IMG/VR virus record: IMGVR_UViG_3300028797_000004
Length of the DNA: 64,000 nucleotides
Source: a virus
Lineage: Duplodnaviria; Caudoviricetes
Reading direction: 5' to 3' (one strand)
Part shown: piece after piece, positions 1-9,627 of the stretch
How the letters are laid out: each line of letters opens with the position of its first letter
Position numbering within the stretch: the first letter of the stretch is position 1
Notes under the pieces: model-generated
What the model was told of the DNA's origin: nothing
Databases searched by the model: none
What the model saw: the letters and a program-made list of their open reading frames with translations, nothing else
Position numbers and translations under genes: made by a program

Positions 1-1
1 A

Positions 2-1369
2 ATGACTGATAAGACTATTTATATAAGAGAGTCTAATCTTGAAAAAGGCTCATATGATGAAACTGGTACGAAGATAACAACTAATCAGTATGTTCGCACT
101 GTAAGTAAAGTAAGTAGTGATGTAGCTTTTTTAAGAGGTGAATTGAATTTTCAAGCATTGCGTAATACGTCAATAGTAGGTAGTTTCGATGGCACAACTG
201 GTTGGACGTATAATGCAAAAAGTTGCTCACAACTTGAGGGTTATACAGCTAATGCAAATTATAAGATTGAATATTATTGGGTTTATTCTTATGAAAGCGA
301 TGCCAGTACTGGACAGACTCGTAGATTTTTTGTCGGTTCATTCTTTATTAGGACACCAAAAATAGGTGGCAATAAACAAGATGAACCTCCCTACTTTTCA
401 AGCAGAATGTGTCGGCAAAGTTCAGCATGGGCTGATGCTATTCGTGGTACTTATATTTTTGATATAGATTTAGCTGGGCTAACAATAAGTTATTATAACA
501 GTGGTCAATCCGGTACGATAACAACACTGTCTCTTATAGAATATGTACAACCTTGGTTCGATGCTGATGAAACCGAATATTCTTTTACAATTGAACCACG
601 AGGGGAACGAGATTCTGAGTTCGTAGATACCAAAGTTGCTTTGTTAGGATATTGTAGGTCAATTTTGGTATACAGTAAACGGTGGAAGTATAGTAATGGG
701 ACATACTTGGATTTTCTCCAAGACGCACCGATAGACCACTTTCATATGGTTTTTGAAATTCCTGAAGTTACAAATCCTGCGGTAAATGAAATCATACAAC
801 CAAATATCAGATTAGAGACAGATGCTTGGTATCTGAATAGAGATGATGAACTTGATAATACAGATTTACCAGAATCGACAGGTGATGAAAATTTTGTTGC
901 TCCATATCCTGCTTCAATATGGTATTTAGATGTAGATAATACATTAGAGAATAAGCTACTTCCTGAAAGTACAGCAGCTAAATTTGTATACCCGTATCCT
1001 GCTTCATTATGGTATTTAGATGATAATGATCTGATACTTCTAAATGTATTCTTGCCAGATGAAGTAATAATACCTCCCGAACATGAAGGGGGAGCATTCT
1101 ACAATGCTGAAAATCTTGAATACGTCAAGATACCAAGGACAGTAACATCAATAGGTGTTGAATCTTTCCAAGGTACAAACTTAAAGAAAGTTTGCATATC
1201 CAGAAATTGTAAATATTACAAAACATCATTTCCAGATGATTGTGAAGTCATATTCTATGAAGATATGTATGATGAAAACTACAGGATAGTAGTATCTGGA
1301 AAACATTCATATAGATACACAGAAACAGTAACTCATTCAGAGGATTCTGTTTCACAAGAAACTCCATAA
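2..1369 (+). CDS. Putative tail/receptor-binding protein with PYPASxWYLD repeats and a short C-terminal BspA-like LRR (possibly 5'-partial)
   Basis: Duplicated 'LPEST..FV.PYPAS.WYLD' units; 'GAFYNAENLEYVKIPRTVTSIGVESFQGTNLKKV' is LRR_5-like; lies directly upstream of the tail/head module. Confidence 0.5.
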   Translation: MTDKTIYIRESNLEKGSYDETGTKITTNQYVRTVSKVSSDVAFLRGELNFQALRNTSIVGSFDGTTGWTYNAKSCSQLEGYTANANYKIEYYWVYSYESDASTGQTRRFFVGSFFIRTPKIGGNKQDEPPYFSSRMCRQSSAWADAIRGTYIFDIDLAGLTISYYNSGQSGTITTLSLIEYVQPWFDADETEYSFTIEPRGERDSEFVDTKVALLGYCRSILVYSKRWKYSNGTYLDFLQDAPIDHFHMVFEIPEVTNPAVNEIIQPNIRLETDAWYLNRDDELDNTDLPESTGDENFVAPYPASIWYLDVDNTLENKLLPESTAAKFVYPYPASLWYLDDNDLILLNVFLPDEVIIPPEHEGGAFYNAENLEYVKIPRTVTSIGVESFQGTNLKKVCISRNCKYYKTSFPDDCEVIFYEDMYDENYRIVVSGKHSYRYTETVTHSEDSVSQETP

Positions 1370-1375
1370 AGGTAG

Positions 1376-3481
1376 GTGATACATTTGAATATACAATGTG
1401 ATGAAGACAATAGAGTATATCAGAATGTTACCTTCCGAGTAATTGACAAAGGTACAGGTAAGTGTGTACAAGAGGTAGTCGGGCATAATCAAGCTACCAA
1501 TACAATGCTTACTGGTATTGCTTATTATCTCGCAGGTAACGGTGTACTAAATCAAGGTGAAGCAATGCTTGCTGATTATGTGCCTAGATACATTTCTTTA
1601 GGTACTATGGGCCTTGTTAATCAAGACGAAGACTCTCAAGGTCTTCCTGCTGGTCTTCCTGAGAATGCTCAAGATTACATGAATCAAACACCTGGTTATG
1701 GTGCTGACGGATACAAAGTATCTGAAGGTACATATAATAATGGTCGTGAGTATCTAGGCCTTGGTCCGCAGTTCGCAGATAGGCCTGATGCTGAGAAAAC
1801 AATCAATTGCGAGCTCATTTCTCCTTCAGCTCCTCGTGTAGCTATTCAGTACAGGTCTGTTACTAACGAAGATGATGCAGAAGTGCCGAAGACTCTTGAT
1901 GTAGTATTCTCAGCGATGATTTCTACAGGAGCTCTTGCTCAGTTCAGAGAGCCAGGTAAAGATTATATCTTCATAACAGAAGCAGGTCTATGGAGCCAGA
2001 AAACTTGGTCTGGTTCAGACAGTAACGGCTTACTTGCTGGCTATAGAATAGTTCCACCTAACTCTAAGAATTGGGATATGACTGATCCAGCTAACGTGGA
2101 CATCCTCAAGCATCAGATACTTCGTGTCGGTGTTAACCAGGTCGTACAAGTAGTCTGGAAAATACAGCTTGGCGCACTCAAGCAGCTTACATCTATAAGT
2201 ACAGATGGTACAATTGTAACCAAGGATACAAAGGTGACACTAGATAAACAGCAAGCCCTTGCATACCCGTCAGCTTTACTACCACTTACAGCTACTGTAA
2301 TCCCTCCAGAAGATGCACCGCCCGGTGAGCAGATACTCCTTACTTGGGCTACATCTGATCCTAATGTAGCTACAGTAGAAGCTGATGATGCTACCACCCT
2401 TACAGCTACTGTAAGTTTTCATGGTGCTGGATCCGCAGCAATTACAGCAACAGCCAATGATGGTAGCGAAGCTTCAGCTGTATGTAATGTTATCAGTGAG
2501 ATAAATATTGTCGATGCATTTCACCCAGATCCGCTAAGTTCTGCAGGTGTGAATGTCAGCAATAATGTTTATCAAGCTGCTCAAAGCTTTATCAAAGCTA
2601 ATGCAGTTCATATCGGCAACAGTTGGGATCTAGCTACTAGCCCTTCGTCAAGCACAACAAGATTTGAGAAAACTGGTACAGACCCAGAGATCAATGTTTA
2701 CTGCCTTGCAGATCAACTTGCTATTAAAATGCATGGGTACGGATACATAGATGCGGGAGCTATCAATCTCAAGGGTTCAGTTAGTACTCAAGTAGATCTA
2801 ACAGATACAGATCACCTTACAGATACTAGCGAGGGTACAATTTCTGCAGAGGCTGAGTATCCTGCACCTATTGCAATCTCTTATGATTACGGCACTAATG
2901 ATGTAGGTAGTGTACCAGATGCGACAATCATTATATCTAAAACAGAGGTGCTTGTCATTACAGCTGATGATCCGCTAGGGACAAGTCATCCTTACACAAC
3001 AACATTACCAAATGGTGTTACAGTTTCTGGTTACATTCAATATAGAGCTGCTTCAGCTTCAACCGCATATGGTAAATATGGTGTACTGAATATAAATGCA
3101 ATGAGCAGCGAATCTGTAAAATGCTATATCTATCAAGGTACATATGCTTTCAAAGCAATACAGCTTCGCGGTGATAATGTAGAGTTTGTATTCATGCAAG
3201 CAACACCTACAAACCGAACAGTATTCTGCTGCGCTTCGTCATTCCGTCTTCCTGCTGCTGCTAAGATCAAATGTGATGCAGCAACTTCTGCATACAACTT
3301 CAGCGTAATATTCCATACGGACGATTGCTACGACTCATTAGGTGGTCAGACACAGCCGATGTATATCCATGCGCCTAATGGTGAAGTATACATAGATAAT
3401 TCCGGAACTAATACAGAAGCTTCGCATGTATTCTGTAGAGATCTACGGTTAGCTGCCAGTGCAACCTTCTGGCCGACATAA
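1376..3481 (+). CDS. Tail fibre/baseplate-type structural protein with an Ig-like (Big_2) domain
   Basis: N-terminal 'ITEAGLWS' tail-fibre-attachment-like motif; Big_2 pattern 'VTLDK...LTATVIP....LTWATSDPNVATV...GAGSAAITATANDG'. Confidence 0.6.
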   Translation: MIHLNIQCDEDNRVYQNVTFRVIDKGTGKCVQEVVGHNQATNTMLTGIAYYLAGNGVLNQGEAMLADYVPRYISLGTMGLVNQDEDSQGLPAGLPENAQDYMNQTPGYGADGYKVSEGTYNNGREYLGLGPQFADRPDAEKTINCELISPSAPRVAIQYRSVTNEDDAEVPKTLDVVFSAMISTGALAQFREPGKDYIFITEAGLWSQKTWSGSDSNGLLAGYRIVPPNSKNWDMTDPANVDILKHQILRVGVNQVVQVVWKIQLGALKQLTSISTDGTIVTKDTKVTLDKQQALAYPSALLPLTATVIPPEDAPPGEQILLTWATSDPNVATVEADDATTLTATVSFHGAGSAAITATANDGSEASAVCNVISEINIVDAFHPDPLSSAGVNVSNNVYQAAQSFIKANAVHIGNSWDLATSPSSSTTRFEKTGTDPEINVYCLADQLAIKMHGYGYIDAGAINLKGSVSTQVDLTDTDHLTDTSEGTISAEAEYPAPIAISYDYGTNDVGSVPDATIIISKTEVLVITADDPLGTSHPYTTTLPNGVTVSGYIQYRAASASTAYGKYGVLNINAMSSESVKCYIYQGTYAFKAIQLRGDNVEFVFMQATPTNRTVFCCASSFRLPAAAKIKCDAATSAYNFSVIFHTDDCYDSLGGQTQPMYIHAPNGEVYIDNSGTNTEASHVFCRDLRLAASATFWPT

Positions 3482-3496
3482 GAGAGGTGATAACTT

Positions 3497-3850
3497 ATGA
3501 AAAGTGGAATTCTTCTTACATCAGCAGCATTATTAGATTTTCTGTCGCAGATAGATGAGCTCAGCGAGCAAGAAATATCTGTTTCAGAATCTGATAGCAA
3601 TATTTCAGTGCAAATAGGTCAATCCTTATATAATATTGACGGTACTGTAGAAGAGGTTACAGCTCCAGATTATGTTGTATCTGATGTCGAAGACATATGC
3701 GATGATGCATACAGCAATCTGATAGATGCTGGGGCTGCTGAGGACATTGAGTCTTCAACTACAGTCACTGGCGGTATCGTCAAAGAATTAGCAAAAACAC
3801 TACTTGTGGGCGGACTTGTTCGCTTCACATCAAAATTACTAAGGAAGTGA
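3497..3850 (+). CDS. Hypothetical acidic protein with a basic amphipathic C-terminal helix (candidate head protein)
   Basis: RBS GAGGTG; directly upstream of the prohead protease; carries the IESSTTVTGG motif. Confidence 0.6.
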   Translation: MKSGILLTSAALLDFLSQIDELSEQEISVSESDSNISVQIGQSLYNIDGTVEEVTAPDYVVSDVEDICDDAYSNLIDAGAAEDIESSTTVTGGIVKELAKTLLVGGLVRFTSKLLRK

Positions 3851-3857
3851 AAGTAAT

Positions 3858-5258
3858 ATGGCAAATGTAGAAAAGGTCAAGAAATCTGTAAATGCACTTG
3901 CTATGCCAGTATTGGGCACATTTGAAGGTGAATGCCTCAACCCGAAGATAACTAACAATAATGGTATGGACATTACTGATGAGGTAATGACTGGTGTGCT
4001 CAATTCAGATGACTACGCAAGAGGCATTGAATACGGCTGGTTTATCGGCTTCTTAGGTCACCCAGAAGACCCTAACTGTATGGATTTCAGAAACGGCTGT
4101 ATTGTGATGCGCGAAATGCACTATGGTGACGATGGCAAGATGTACGGTACTTGGGATCTACTTGATACTCCTGTAGGCCAAGTAGTTAAAACTTACATTG
4201 ATGCAGGTGTTAAATTTGGTATTTCAATCAGAGGCGCAGGAGACCTCATTGGCTCCGAAGTGCAAGCAGACACATTTGTATTCAGAGGATTTGATCTTGT
4301 ATCCTTCCCTGCATACAATGATTCAATTCCTGAATTCACAGCTATTGCAGCTTCAACAGATCTAGCTACTCAGAAAAAATACAAAGCAATCTGCGCAGCT
4401 ATTCGCTCTAATCTGCAAGCTATTACAAGTGCAACAACACTTGCAGCTTTGAAGGATCAGCTTCCTGCACAAGCTGAAGAGCGCAAGTTGATTGAAGCTC
4501 GTATTGCTGAGATTCAAGGTGAATCTGTTACTGCCGCAACAGATATCTCTGAACAGAGGGTTGTAGCTATGACAGACCTTTATCTCAACACATTAGCTGA
4601 TAATTCAAAGCTTGCATCAGATCTTGATGCTACAAAATTGAAGCTCACAAAAGTAGAGAGCGCATCTAGAAGAAAACTCGATGCAGTTAAGCGCATAGTA
4701 GCTGCACAGCAGAGAGATATTAATACATATATTAAATCTTCTACAGCAACTACTGAGAAGCTTGAAAAGCAATGCAGAAATCTTAGACAGCAGTATGTCA
4801 CAGCTTCTACAGAAGTGAAAAATCTGGAAAAGTCAAACCTTATATATCAACAAGACCTCGAAGCAGCCAATGCAAAGAATGCACGCAGCGAGAAACTCAT
4901 TTCCAGTCTCAGGGCTAGGAACCAGAAAACCGTTCTGGCAAGTAGTCAGCTTGAGAAGAAAGCATCAAACCTTGATGAAGACAGATCAAAATTGAGAAAA
5001 GAAAAAGAGCTTGCTGAAGCACGTCTTGCTGAATTCCAGAATGCATATGCATCATTATATGCATCTATGATGGGTTCAGAAGGTCAAGTTGCAATTACTG
5101 CTAGTATGTCAGTTTCAGACGTACGCAACGCTGTTGCAGGTGCTACAAATACATCTTCAATAGCTGCATATCCTGATACCGATTTCGAGGAAGACGTCGA
5201 CTACACTGATGAATTTGCATCAGATTTTGACGACACAGAATCTTTTACAACTCTATAA
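3858..5258 (+). CDS. Prohead (maturation) serine protease fused to a coiled-coil scaffold
   Basis: Triad motifs LGHP / GISIRGAG / FDLVSFPA and 'LLDTPVG' as in T4 gp21-type proteases; long heptad-rich C-terminal half; immediately upstream of the MCP. Confidence 0.85.
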   Translation: MANVEKVKKSVNALAMPVLGTFEGECLNPKITNNNGMDITDEVMTGVLNSDDYARGIEYGWFIGFLGHPEDPNCMDFRNGCIVMREMHYGDDGKMYGTWDLLDTPVGQVVKTYIDAGVKFGISIRGAGDLIGSEVQADTFVFRGFDLVSFPAYNDSIPEFTAIAASTDLATQKKYKAICAAIRSNLQAITSATTLAALKDQLPAQAEERKLIEARIAEIQGESVTAATDISEQRVVAMTDLYLNTLADNSKLASDLDATKLKLTKVESASRRKLDAVKRIVAAQQRDINTYIKSSTATTEKLEKQCRNLRQQYVTASTEVKNLEKSNLIYQQDLEAANAKNARSEKLISSLRARNQKTVLASSQLEKKASNLDEDRSKLRKEKELAEARLAEFQNAYASLYASMMGSEGQVAITASMSVSDVRNAVAGATNTSSIAAYPDTDFEEDVDYTDEFASDFDDTESFTTL

Positions 5259-5274
5259 TGAAGGAGAGATATAC

Positions 5275-6723
5275 ATGATTAAGCGCACATCACGCAGACC
5301 TGCTCAGACTGCTGCTCCTGCACGTCAGTCAATCACAGCTGGTACTTCTATCACAGCTGCTGCAAAGAAGAGAGCTCAGAATAAGCCTGCTATTCTTGCT
5401 AACACACGCATGAAGGGTCTTACTCCTGCTCAGCAGCAGTTTGCTCGTCAGCTTCAGATAAACGGTAGAAAGCATTCAAAGATCATGGGTGCAACCAATA
5501 CAACAAATATTGCTGCACGTCCTGACTTCCTTGAGCTGCTTCCTCTGTTCGTTCAGAAGCTCATCATCACTGATCTTTATGGTTCAGTTGCAATGAACTC
5601 CAGAACTCAGATGGTTCCTTACTTCAAGGTAACAACTGAGAATACAAAGGGTGAGACAGAGAAGAATACAATCCTCTCTAGCCCATTTGTAAATCGTCAG
5701 GGTATTGACCCTAACTACGCAACAAAGTACATCAAGAACGAGCTTGTTGCTTCAACCGGCACAGTTACTTCTGGTACTCTTGTTTATGTTCCTGTACTTC
5801 CTAACAGCGTTACAGTTACTGCTACAGTATCTGGCGTTGCTACAAAGTATGTTGATAACGGCGCTGGCGCACTTGTTAACGCAGGTGGCAGCTCAGTAGG
5901 TACTATCGACTACGCAACAGGTGCAATCACATTCCCAAGCACATCACTCAGCACAAATGACACTGTTACAGCTACTTACGAGTACGACAATGAGACAGTT
6001 GGTCCTGACACAAACGGCGAGTATGGTGCAAGAATGGGCAAGCTGATCCTTCAGCTTGATGAGTTCAACCTCGTTGCTGAGGCATTCGAGCTTGCAAGCT
6101 ACTGGTCTGTATACAGCGCATTTGCTGCACAGCAGGAGTGGGGCAGCTCTATCGCTGATATGGCTAAGGAAGCTGCATTCGGCGAGCTTACAGCTGAAAT
6201 CAACTCTGCTGGCTTCAAGAAGCTCAAGCAGGCTGCAACATACAACACAGCTTACAACTTCAATGTAGCTCCTGTACTTCAGGGCTCAGTAGTTCCTTCT
6301 GATTACCTCAATATGTTCAAGCTTAAGCTTCAGCAAGCAGCTGCTGGTGTTTACCAGGCAACACGTCTTGCAAGACCTAACAGACTTTCAGTTGGTACAA
6401 ATGTTGCAACATACATCGGCATGATCAACAGCTTCAAGGCTGCATCAGTTGAGGATACAGTTGGACCATACAAGGTAGGTACACTTGACCAGTTCGAGAT
6501 CTACTGCGATCCTAACTATGATCCTAATGAGTGGGTAATGTCCTGCAAGAGCAACGACATCAGAAAGAACTCTGCTCTCTTCGGCGAGTATATGCCTTTC
6601 ACTTCCACACAGGCTGTTGGTCTGGCAAATATGTCAGTACAGGAAGGCTACTGCTCAATGCTTGCAATGAACGTAGTAAACCCACAGACAGTCGTAGGCG
6701 GCAAGATCGTCGGCACATTCTAA
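5275..6723 (+). CDS. Major capsid protein, T4 gp23-like, with basic N-terminal propeptide and a beta-rich insertion domain
   Basis: Start corrected to ATG 5275 (RBS AAGGAG); gp23-like segments 'DLYGSVAM', 'ELTAEIN', 'VGTLDQFEIYCDP', 'FGEYMP'; strong high-expression codon bias. Confidence 0.85.
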   Translation: MIKRTSRRPAQTAAPARQSITAGTSITAAAKKRAQNKPAILANTRMKGLTPAQQQFARQLQINGRKHSKIMGATNTTNIAARPDFLELLPLFVQKLIITDLYGSVAMNSRTQMVPYFKVTTENTKGETEKNTILSSPFVNRQGIDPNYATKYIKNELVASTGTVTSGTLVYVPVLPNSVTVTATVSGVATKYVDNGAGALVNAGGSSVGTIDYATGAITFPSTSLSTNDTVTATYEYDNETVGPDTNGEYGARMGKLILQLDEFNLVAEAFELASYWSVYSAFAAQQEWGSSIADMAKEAAFGELTAEINSAGFKKLKQAATYNTAYNFNVAPVLQGSVVPSDYLNMFKLKLQQAAAGVYQATRLARPNRLSVGTNVATYIGMINSFKAASVEDTVGPYKVGTLDQFEIYCDPNYDPNEWVMSCKSNDIRKNSALFGEYMPFTSTQAVGLANMSVQEGYCSMLAMNVVNPQTVVGGKIVGTF

Positions 6724-6773
6724 TCCGAATTTCGGATAACTTAATTTCGCAATTAACTGCATAGAAATCACAC

Positions 6774-6802
6774 AGCCCTTACCGTCAGGTGAGGGCTTTC
6801 TC
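6774..6802 (+). terminator. Intrinsic terminator-like hairpin after the MCP
   Basis: AGCCCTTACC-GTCA-GGTGAGGGCT followed by TTCTC. Confidence 0.6.
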
Positions 6803-6984
6803 ATTGTATGAATCGTCATACATTGTGAAAGGAACAGAGATCGCAGAAGTAAACCTATAATATAGATGTGATAGGTAGGACGTGAGAAACCCTGCCAATG
6901 CAGTTCTTTTGCATATATGAACGCTTCGGCAGCAGAGCTGTATGAAGCAACTAACAAGAAATCTACACATAGGAGGGACAATGT

Positions 6985-7344
6985 ATGTCATACAGTGTTA
7001 CTATTGTTTACAACGGACCTAAGGTAGACACACTGCCTGTAGTAAATCCGATTTGTCGTGTATTCACACCTCAGAATTGCTACGCTGATACAGCTGCATA
7101 CGCAGGTACAGTATACGACACAAACGTAGACGGTTTCGGCACAATTGATCTCATGGAGCCTTATGCTACTACAAGCTTCCCATTCCCTGTACCGCTTGCT
7201 CAGTTCAAGTGTGCACTTATTGCTGACGACAATACAGCTGAGTTCACAGTTGATACTTACATGGAAGCATTCTACTATACAGAGGCTGGCAAGGCACTCG
7301 CAGATCAAGGCTTCACTGTTACAGTTGACGAGAACGAGGGCTAA
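6985..7344 (+). CDS. Hypothetical virion protein (possible head decoration)
   Basis: RBS AGGAGG, MCP-like codon bias, position after the MCP. Confidence 0.5.
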   Translation: MSYSVTIVYNGPKVDTLPVVNPICRVFTPQNCYADTAAYAGTVYDTNVDGFGTIDLMEPYATTSFPFPVPLAQFKCALIADDNTAEFTVDTYMEAFYYTEAGKALADQGFTVTVDENEG

Positions 7345-7392
7345 TAACTAGCCGTCGGCAAATGATATCAAGGCAAGGGAGTTGAGTACTTT

Positions 7393-8103
7393 ATGACAAT
7401 GGCAGAATATGTTCAGCAAGTGTCCTTCATACTCGGACTCCCTGCTTCTGATAATGTAGAAGGCATCGATATTCAGCAGGGTGTTACACTTGCATTTCAA
7501 GAGCTGAAAGCATACATGAAGACACCTGTTGATAAAACAGTTCCATATCAATCAAGAATAGATCTTGTTGCTAATGACATACACACGAAACGAGTGTTGT
7601 ATGTATTTGCAGCGAAGCCTAGACTTGGTCTTACAATGAGCTCTATTGAAAGTGGTAATGTTTTTCAAATCGCAGCAGCTGTTAACACATACAGCCCATA
7701 CGGTCAAGCAAACATTATCAATATAGATCCGATAATGAGAGAGCTCGCACTGTCACAAGTACGAAATACTCTTGGCACAGATCTCCAATGGGTTCATGAT
7801 ACTCAGAATCAAGTAGTTTACGTTGCTAACAAAGATCCGGTACCCGTATTTGTAACAATTCGTTACTACCCATTATACAACGATGTATCTGAAATAGTTA
7901 GTGACGTATGGATAGACTACTTAAGACGGCTTTCTGTTGCATACTGCAAATTAGCTCTCGGGCGTGTTCGCAGTAAGTATAAAGTAAGCGACTCAAACAT
8001 GGAACTAGATGGCGAAATTCTACTCAATGAAGCAAATCAAGAGTTCGCAGATATTCGTGCTGAACTTAAGATAAAGAAAAGCAAACTTGTGGTGGTTCAG
8101 TAA
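7393..8103 (+). CDS. Putative neck/head-tail adaptor (T4 gp13-like)
   Basis: 'WIDYLRRLSVAYCKLALGRVRSKY....LDGEILLNEANQE' resembles the gp13-family C-terminus; synteny. Confidence 0.55.
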   Translation: MTMAEYVQQVSFILGLPASDNVEGIDIQQGVTLAFQELKAYMKTPVDKTVPYQSRIDLVANDIHTKRVLYVFAAKPRLGLTMSSIESGNVFQIAAAVNTYSPYGQANIINIDPIMRELALSQVRNTLGTDLQWVHDTQNQVVYVANKDPVPVFVTIRYYPLYNDVSEIVSDVWIDYLRRLSVAYCKLALGRVRSKYKVSDSNMELDGEILLNEANQEFADIRAELKIKKSKLVVVQ

Positions 8104-8138
8104 CTATCACAAAATTCTATATAAGGAGGAACACGCTG

Positions 8139-8525
8139 ATGAAAATCCAGACTAGAAGAACTACAAAGGCTATCAAGGCTGATGACGAGATCGATGAGAT
8201 CGTTGACGATGTTGATACTGCTGTAGAGGAAGAGGCTGATCTTCTTTTCGAGAGCGAAGATGTTGCTGAGCTGCTTGCAGAGGTAACAGGCGAAGCTGTT
8301 GATATGGAAGTTACAGACGACGCAGTTGTCTTCACAGTTGGCGATGAAGAGTTTGAGATTACACCTGAGGGCGACGAGGAGAGCCTCGAAGCTTGCACAA
8401 AGACAAGCAAGAAGCCAGTTCAGGCTGCTACAAAGACAAGATCAGCTCGTACACGTAGAGGTGCTGTAAAGGCTTCTACACAGACAGCTGGTAAGGTTAT
8501 CAGAAAGCTGCCTCGCACAAAGTAA
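8139..8525 (+). CDS. Acidic-core, basic-ended hypothetical protein (candidate internal head/core protein)
   Basis: RBS AAGGAGG; AIKAD, VQAA and VKAS motifs. Confidence 0.6.
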   Translation: MKIQTRRTTKAIKADDEIDEIVDDVDTAVEEEADLLFESEDVAELLAEVTGEAVDMEVTDDAVVFTVGDEEFEITPEGDEESLEACTKTSKKPVQAATKTRSARTRRGAVKASTQTAGKVIRKLPRTK

Positions 8526-8554
8526 GGTTGTTACTTTCAAGTTTCCTTTAATAA

Positions 8555-8586
8555 GGTGACCCTGGCGAAAGTCGGGGTCATCTCTG
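8555..8586 (+). terminator. GAAA-tetraloop hairpin (terminator-like)
   Basis: GGTGACCCTGGC-GAAA-GTCGGGGTCATC; the U-tract is weak. Confidence 0.45.
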
Positions 8587-8603
8587 TATATGGAGGTGTT
8601 AAA

Positions 8604-9581
8604 ATGGAAAAGATAGAAGCTGGTGCAGTCACTACTGTAGTGAATCTTATTAAGAAGCTTTCTAGCGCGTTTCTCAAAGTGCTGAATAGTTTCATTGATG
8701 CAGGCGTTGAGATTGTGTCGCAAGATGTAACAAAGGATGGCGGAGCTCATGTGGTCATGAAATATAATAATCAGAAAGCTGAAGTTACGCTCACTCCTGT
8801 AGAGGGTAAGAAAGGTGTTTTTAATCTGCTTATCATTGCTCCTGATGGACAAGATCTCAATGTCGAAAATGTCAAAGAAGCTGATATTGAAAAAACAGTT
8901 AAGCGAAATCTTGACAGCTACTTCAAGCTCAAACAGAAACTTGGCGGAAGTAAGCAGTTATTAGCAACGCTTCAGAAGATCGAAACCGCTTCGGGCTATG
9001 ATATTCGACTTAGAAAGATAGTTGCAAATTATGACCCAGAAGCAGTGCTCAAAGTACTTGACGAGTGCATCGCTGATGACGGTCTCTGCAATGCAATCAC
9101 ACAAGAGCCGATGACTCTGCTTATTGCAGAAGACGGAGACGATTATACAATAGATGATGTGACTACTTCTGCAGCAGAGTGGAGCATGAATCCTTACACA
9201 GAGTTAGTTGCATATGCTCAGCGAGTACTGAATGTGATTGCAATGGCGTCAGTTAGATGTAACTGTGCTTCTTGTGACCCAATATTGGCTGCTCTGCAAT
9301 CTTGCAGATACGGTGTAGAAGCACTTCGTGATATGCTTATGAAACAGTCTCTCAAAGAGTTCAATGAAGTTCCTACATTGTTTGTAACAGAGACTGTGGA
9401 TTACACACAGATGTCAACAGGAGATCCGCTACAAGACTTGCAGCTTGTTTACACAACAATGCTTCAAAGATTTGTTGAAACTTGTAAGACATATGCTTCA
9501 GGATTTGATGATGGTGCATTCATTGTAGCATTTTTTGAGGAGCTTTATCGCTTAGAGTCAACACTAGATTTCGCTAAGTGA
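8604..9581 (+). CDS. Hypothetical protein
   Basis: Start corrected to ATG 8604 after GGAGGTG; begins MEKIEAG. Confidence 0.6.
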   Translation: MEKIEAGAVTTVVNLIKKLSSAFLKVLNSFIDAGVEIVSQDVTKDGGAHVVMKYNNQKAEVTLTPVEGKKGVFNLLIIAPDGQDLNVENVKEADIEKTVKRNLDSYFKLKQKLGGSKQLLATLQKIETASGYDIRLRKIVANYDPEAVLKVLDECIADDGLCNAITQEPMTLLIAEDGDDYTIDDVTTSAAEWSMNPYTELVAYAQRVLNVIAMASVRCNCASCDPILAALQSCRYGVEALRDMLMKQSLKEFNEVPTLFVTETVDYTQMSTGDPLQDLQLVYTTMLQRFVETCKTYASGFDDGAFIVAFFEELYRLESTLDFAK

Positions 9582-9627
9582 TTCGTTATAGAACGTGATC
9601 AACTCGAATCTTCAGGAGGTGCGTTCT

